DNA of 64,000 bases. It comes from Zootoca vivipara. Taxonomy: Eukaryota. Position numbers and translations under genes: made by a program. The notes under the pieces are model-generated. The model worked only from the letters and a program-made list of their open reading frames with translations. It had not been told where the DNA came from and did no database searches. Shown piece after piece: positions 60,942-64,000 of this stretch. Position 1 is the stretch's first letter; every line of letters begins with the position of its first letter. The DNA is taken from positions 43,462,001-43,526,000 of the forward strand of contig NC_083288.1 in assembly GCF_963506605.1 (NCBI RefSeq), given 5' to 3'.

Positions 60942-61869
60942 CATCCGTCTGTCTCAGAAGACAATGGAGAAGTGCACCTTTGCGGCTGAGGTCAAACTTT
61001 TGGAAGGTTACAGCACCAGCTGTGGCTGTAGAGACCAATGTGGGTGAGATATTCTATTTGAATGACTTTTCCTGTATGTTAGCACCTTCAGCTTCTGAGG
61101 CCCTCTTTCTTGGTCTGCTGTTTTGTTGGTGGCACTTTTCTTGCACATGATATTATATTGCATGTAATACTGACATTATAAGCCATCAAGGAGAAAAGAT
61201 CATCCTTTAAGAAATGCTGTAAGGTCTACCAATACATGAACAGGTGACCCACAATACCAAAAAGAGCAACATGCACAGAAAACATCTCACACAAATGAGG
61301 ACCAATGACTACCAGAGAGTCTACAATTGTCCAGCATTCTTGCTTGTGAAATTCCTGAAGCAAAGGCTAAGCTAGCTGTATCATTGTTTGGGCTGAGAAT
61401 GAACATTATAATCTTCTTGAGTTTGTATGATTCTAAGTTCAGGATATATACATCTTGAGACAGTTGTAGCTGGTGAATAAGCCGTCTTTGGCACCAAAAA
61501 GAAACGTAGAAACTCCTGCTTCAGAATGAGTGCAACCCCTCCCATAACAAGTTTTGCACATAAAAGTTTTGCAGCTTGGCCCCATAACCATGGGTGCCCA
61601 GGGCTGTGGGTGTTGTGCAGTGTGAATAGCCCTGGCACCAAATTTTGTGGGTGCCCAGCCCCTTCAAGGGGAATTTTGTGGGTGCTGAGGCCCCCAGGGA
61701 TTTGGCACCTATGTTCCCAAGCATGGGAAACACCCACCCAAAGTACTTCTCTCTTATAAGGATTCAACCCCCATCCAATCCATCACTGTCTCCAAACACC
61801 TGGCCAGTACCTTCACCACCTCCTCTCATTTCCAATGGAGTGGAAAGAAAAAGCTGCACATCACCAGCC

Positions 61870-62075
61870 TACAGATGACACTGTGTTCCAGATCCTAGGA
61901 TATGATTCTGAAGAGTTTCATACAGATGATAAATGGAACAAAACACAGAATGGGCCCTAAAGGGACACCAAAACCCAAAAGTCGTGGAGTGGTTCCCTAG
62001 TACTTGTTTCTCAGAGTGACCCTGCAGGTAGGAACAGAACCACTGTAACGGGGTACCTTTAATTCCCATCTCCTT
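61870..62075 (-). mobile_element. Degraded L2/CR1-group RT fragment
   Basis: MGIKGTPLQWFCSYLQG peptide. Confidence 0.6.
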
Positions 62076-62329
62076 GAGTCACAACAAAGAGCATATATAA
62101 AATCCTTATAAAGAAAATGCAGTTAGGTTGTGAGGTGAGACTAGACTGAATTCTGGTGCAGCTGTAAGGGTGGATGGTCTAGGTATGAATGTTACAGTTT
62201 TCTTGAGTTTGTATAATGCTTAGAGGAGCAGCTCTTTACCGCACCGTATGTGACATCTGTGCGCATATGGAAGATATATTTCACACTATTAGTCCTCGTA
62301 TTTACTGTTAAATCACCTGATATTGGATA

Positions 62330-64000
62330 CTTCCACCTGGTCTAGGGCGGGGCCTGGAAGGCCTCATAAGGAACTGCTGCCGCTGCTCTGCTGCTGGTGC
62401 TGCCCAGGACTCTCTCCTGCTGTGAGTGCCCACAGGCCCTGTCCCTGCCTCCTTCCACCTGGTCTAGGGCGGGGCCTGGAAGGCCTCATAAAGGACTGCT
62501 GCCGCTGCTCTGCTGCTGGTGCTGCCCAGGGGAACTTGAAACAGCACAGAGTTCTTTTTAAAATGCTTTTTAAAGAATTTTTTATGTTTTTATCTTCTTT
62601 GGGGTGGTAGGTGGGAGGGATTTTTAGTTGGGTGTGGGAATCTGTTAAATTTTAGTGTATTTGTAATTTTTATTGTTTTTGGTTTTATTGTTTTATTGTG
62701 TTTGGGGTGGTAGGTGGGAGGGATTTTTAGTTGGGTGTGGGAATCTGTTAAATTTTAGTGTATTTGTAATTTTTATTGTTTTTGGTTTTATTGTTTTATT
62801 GTCTTTTTTGTGTTCTTCTTTTGTTGCGTTCTTTGCTGTTTTTTACAGAGGTTTTATTTTGTTTTTAAGGGGAGGGGTCAGGGCTGCCCGGGAGGGGGTC
62901 CCAGCAAGCAAAATGGCTGGGGCAGATTCCACAGGGGGGGGGTGCACTGGAACAACCGATCTCAGTGGTCACGGGTAGGAGGAGGAGTTACGCTAAGACC
63001 AGACCATGTCATTACCGAGGAGGCAGACTTAGTCGTTGTCTGAGGACTATCCCTGCCTCCAGGTCTGGTCCTGACTGGACGGATATTGGAATAGGCAAGG
63101 GATACCCACATGACCTGAAGGTGCTGCTGTGCAATGCCAGGTCGATGATGAATAAGACCACCGCCATTCATGACCTGATTGTGGATGGAGGATTTGACCT
63201 GGCATGTGTGACAGAGACCTGGTTGGAGGAAGCCGATGGGCCCGTTCTTGGCGCTGCTTGCCCACCAGGTTTCTCTTATGCACAGCAACCCAGGCCATCT
63301 GGGCGGGGAGGGGGGGTTGCAGTGATTTTTAGGAAGTCATTAGTTTGCACCAGGCGTCCTATTGGGAAGACCCAGTTCTCTGAGTGCATGTTCTGGAAGT
63401 TGGGCAATAGAGGCAGTACAGGATTCCTTTTGGTGTACCGACCTCCCCGCTGCACCAAGGATTCCCTGCCCGAGCTGCTTCAGGTCGTGTCGGATGTGCT
63501 CCTGGAGACACCTAGCTTGGTTGTCTTAGGGGATTTTAACATCCATGCCGACACGACCTTACAAGGAGCCGCTCGGGACTTCGTGGAAAGCATGGCCACC
63601 ATGGGGCTGTCCCTGAATAAGTCTGGCCCAACTCATAGCCGCGGACATGCCTTGGACTTGGTGTTTACCTCTATGGATGTTGGTGATCTGACATTAAGTA
63701 AAAGTGAAACAAAAGAAGTGCCATGGTCAGATCACTTTCTGGTGCAACTGGACTTCTCCGCAACCCTTCCCCTCTGCAGGGAGGTGGGACCGATTCGGAT
63801 GGTCCGCCCCCGCTACTTAATGGATCCAATTGGCTTCCAAAGAGTGGTAGGGGATGTTTTATCCCATGTCGATAGCCTTTCAGCTGATTCCCTGGTGGCC
63901 CGCTGGAATGCGGAGTTAACCAGCGCTATTGACTGTCTGGCTCCGAAGCGCCCTCTCAGATTGCATGGAGCCCGGACAGCCCCGTGGTTTTCCCCGGCGC
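62330..64000 (+). mobile_element. L2-clade LINE 5' region with endonuclease ORF open to the window end
   Basis: Frame from ~62941 encodes LLCNARS, LACVTETWL, GRGGGVAVI, VYRPP, LGDFNIH, GHALDLVF, WSDH and TAPWF without a stop. Confidence 0.88.

Noticed and set aside
60633-61150. Several 90-150 aa ORFs rich in W/G/M or H/P/T
   Set aside because: Translations of a tetranucleotide-type simple repeat.
61589-61713. Short element with CATGGGTGCC/GGCACCTATG inverted ends
   Set aside because: Probably an old MITE, but no TSD could be read, so it was not annotated.

Overview
Eukaryotic DNA, almost certainly from a squamate. A lacertid lizard is likely, given Sauria SINEs and BovB/RTE, L2 and CR1 LINE pieces. 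The window is part of a vomeronasal type-2 receptor (V2R, class C GPCR) cluster. Three six-exon V2R genes look intact, with frames that splice open by hand: minus 15155-23647, minus 25744-35533 (crosses an N gap) and plus 41602-52008. A fourth gene (plus, from 54514) runs off the right edge after exon 4. One pseudogene (minus 4622-10241) lacks exons 2-3, has a mutated donor and carries a young L1 in its 7TM exon. Two V2R relics are also present. Introns and spacers are packed with transposons, many with readable target-site duplications (TSDs). The most notable observations are: (1) two ~2 kb TSD-flanked non-autonomous retroelements sharing an (G)ACTTCCGG 5' end with the local L1, a conserved leader ending at a splice donor, and a common 3' end; (2) a tailless, TSD-flanked PITHD1 retrocopy in a V2R intron; (3) a ~45 bp non-coding motif conserved upstream of all five V2R first coding exons. 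All alignments were made by eye and family names come from recall, not from database searches.
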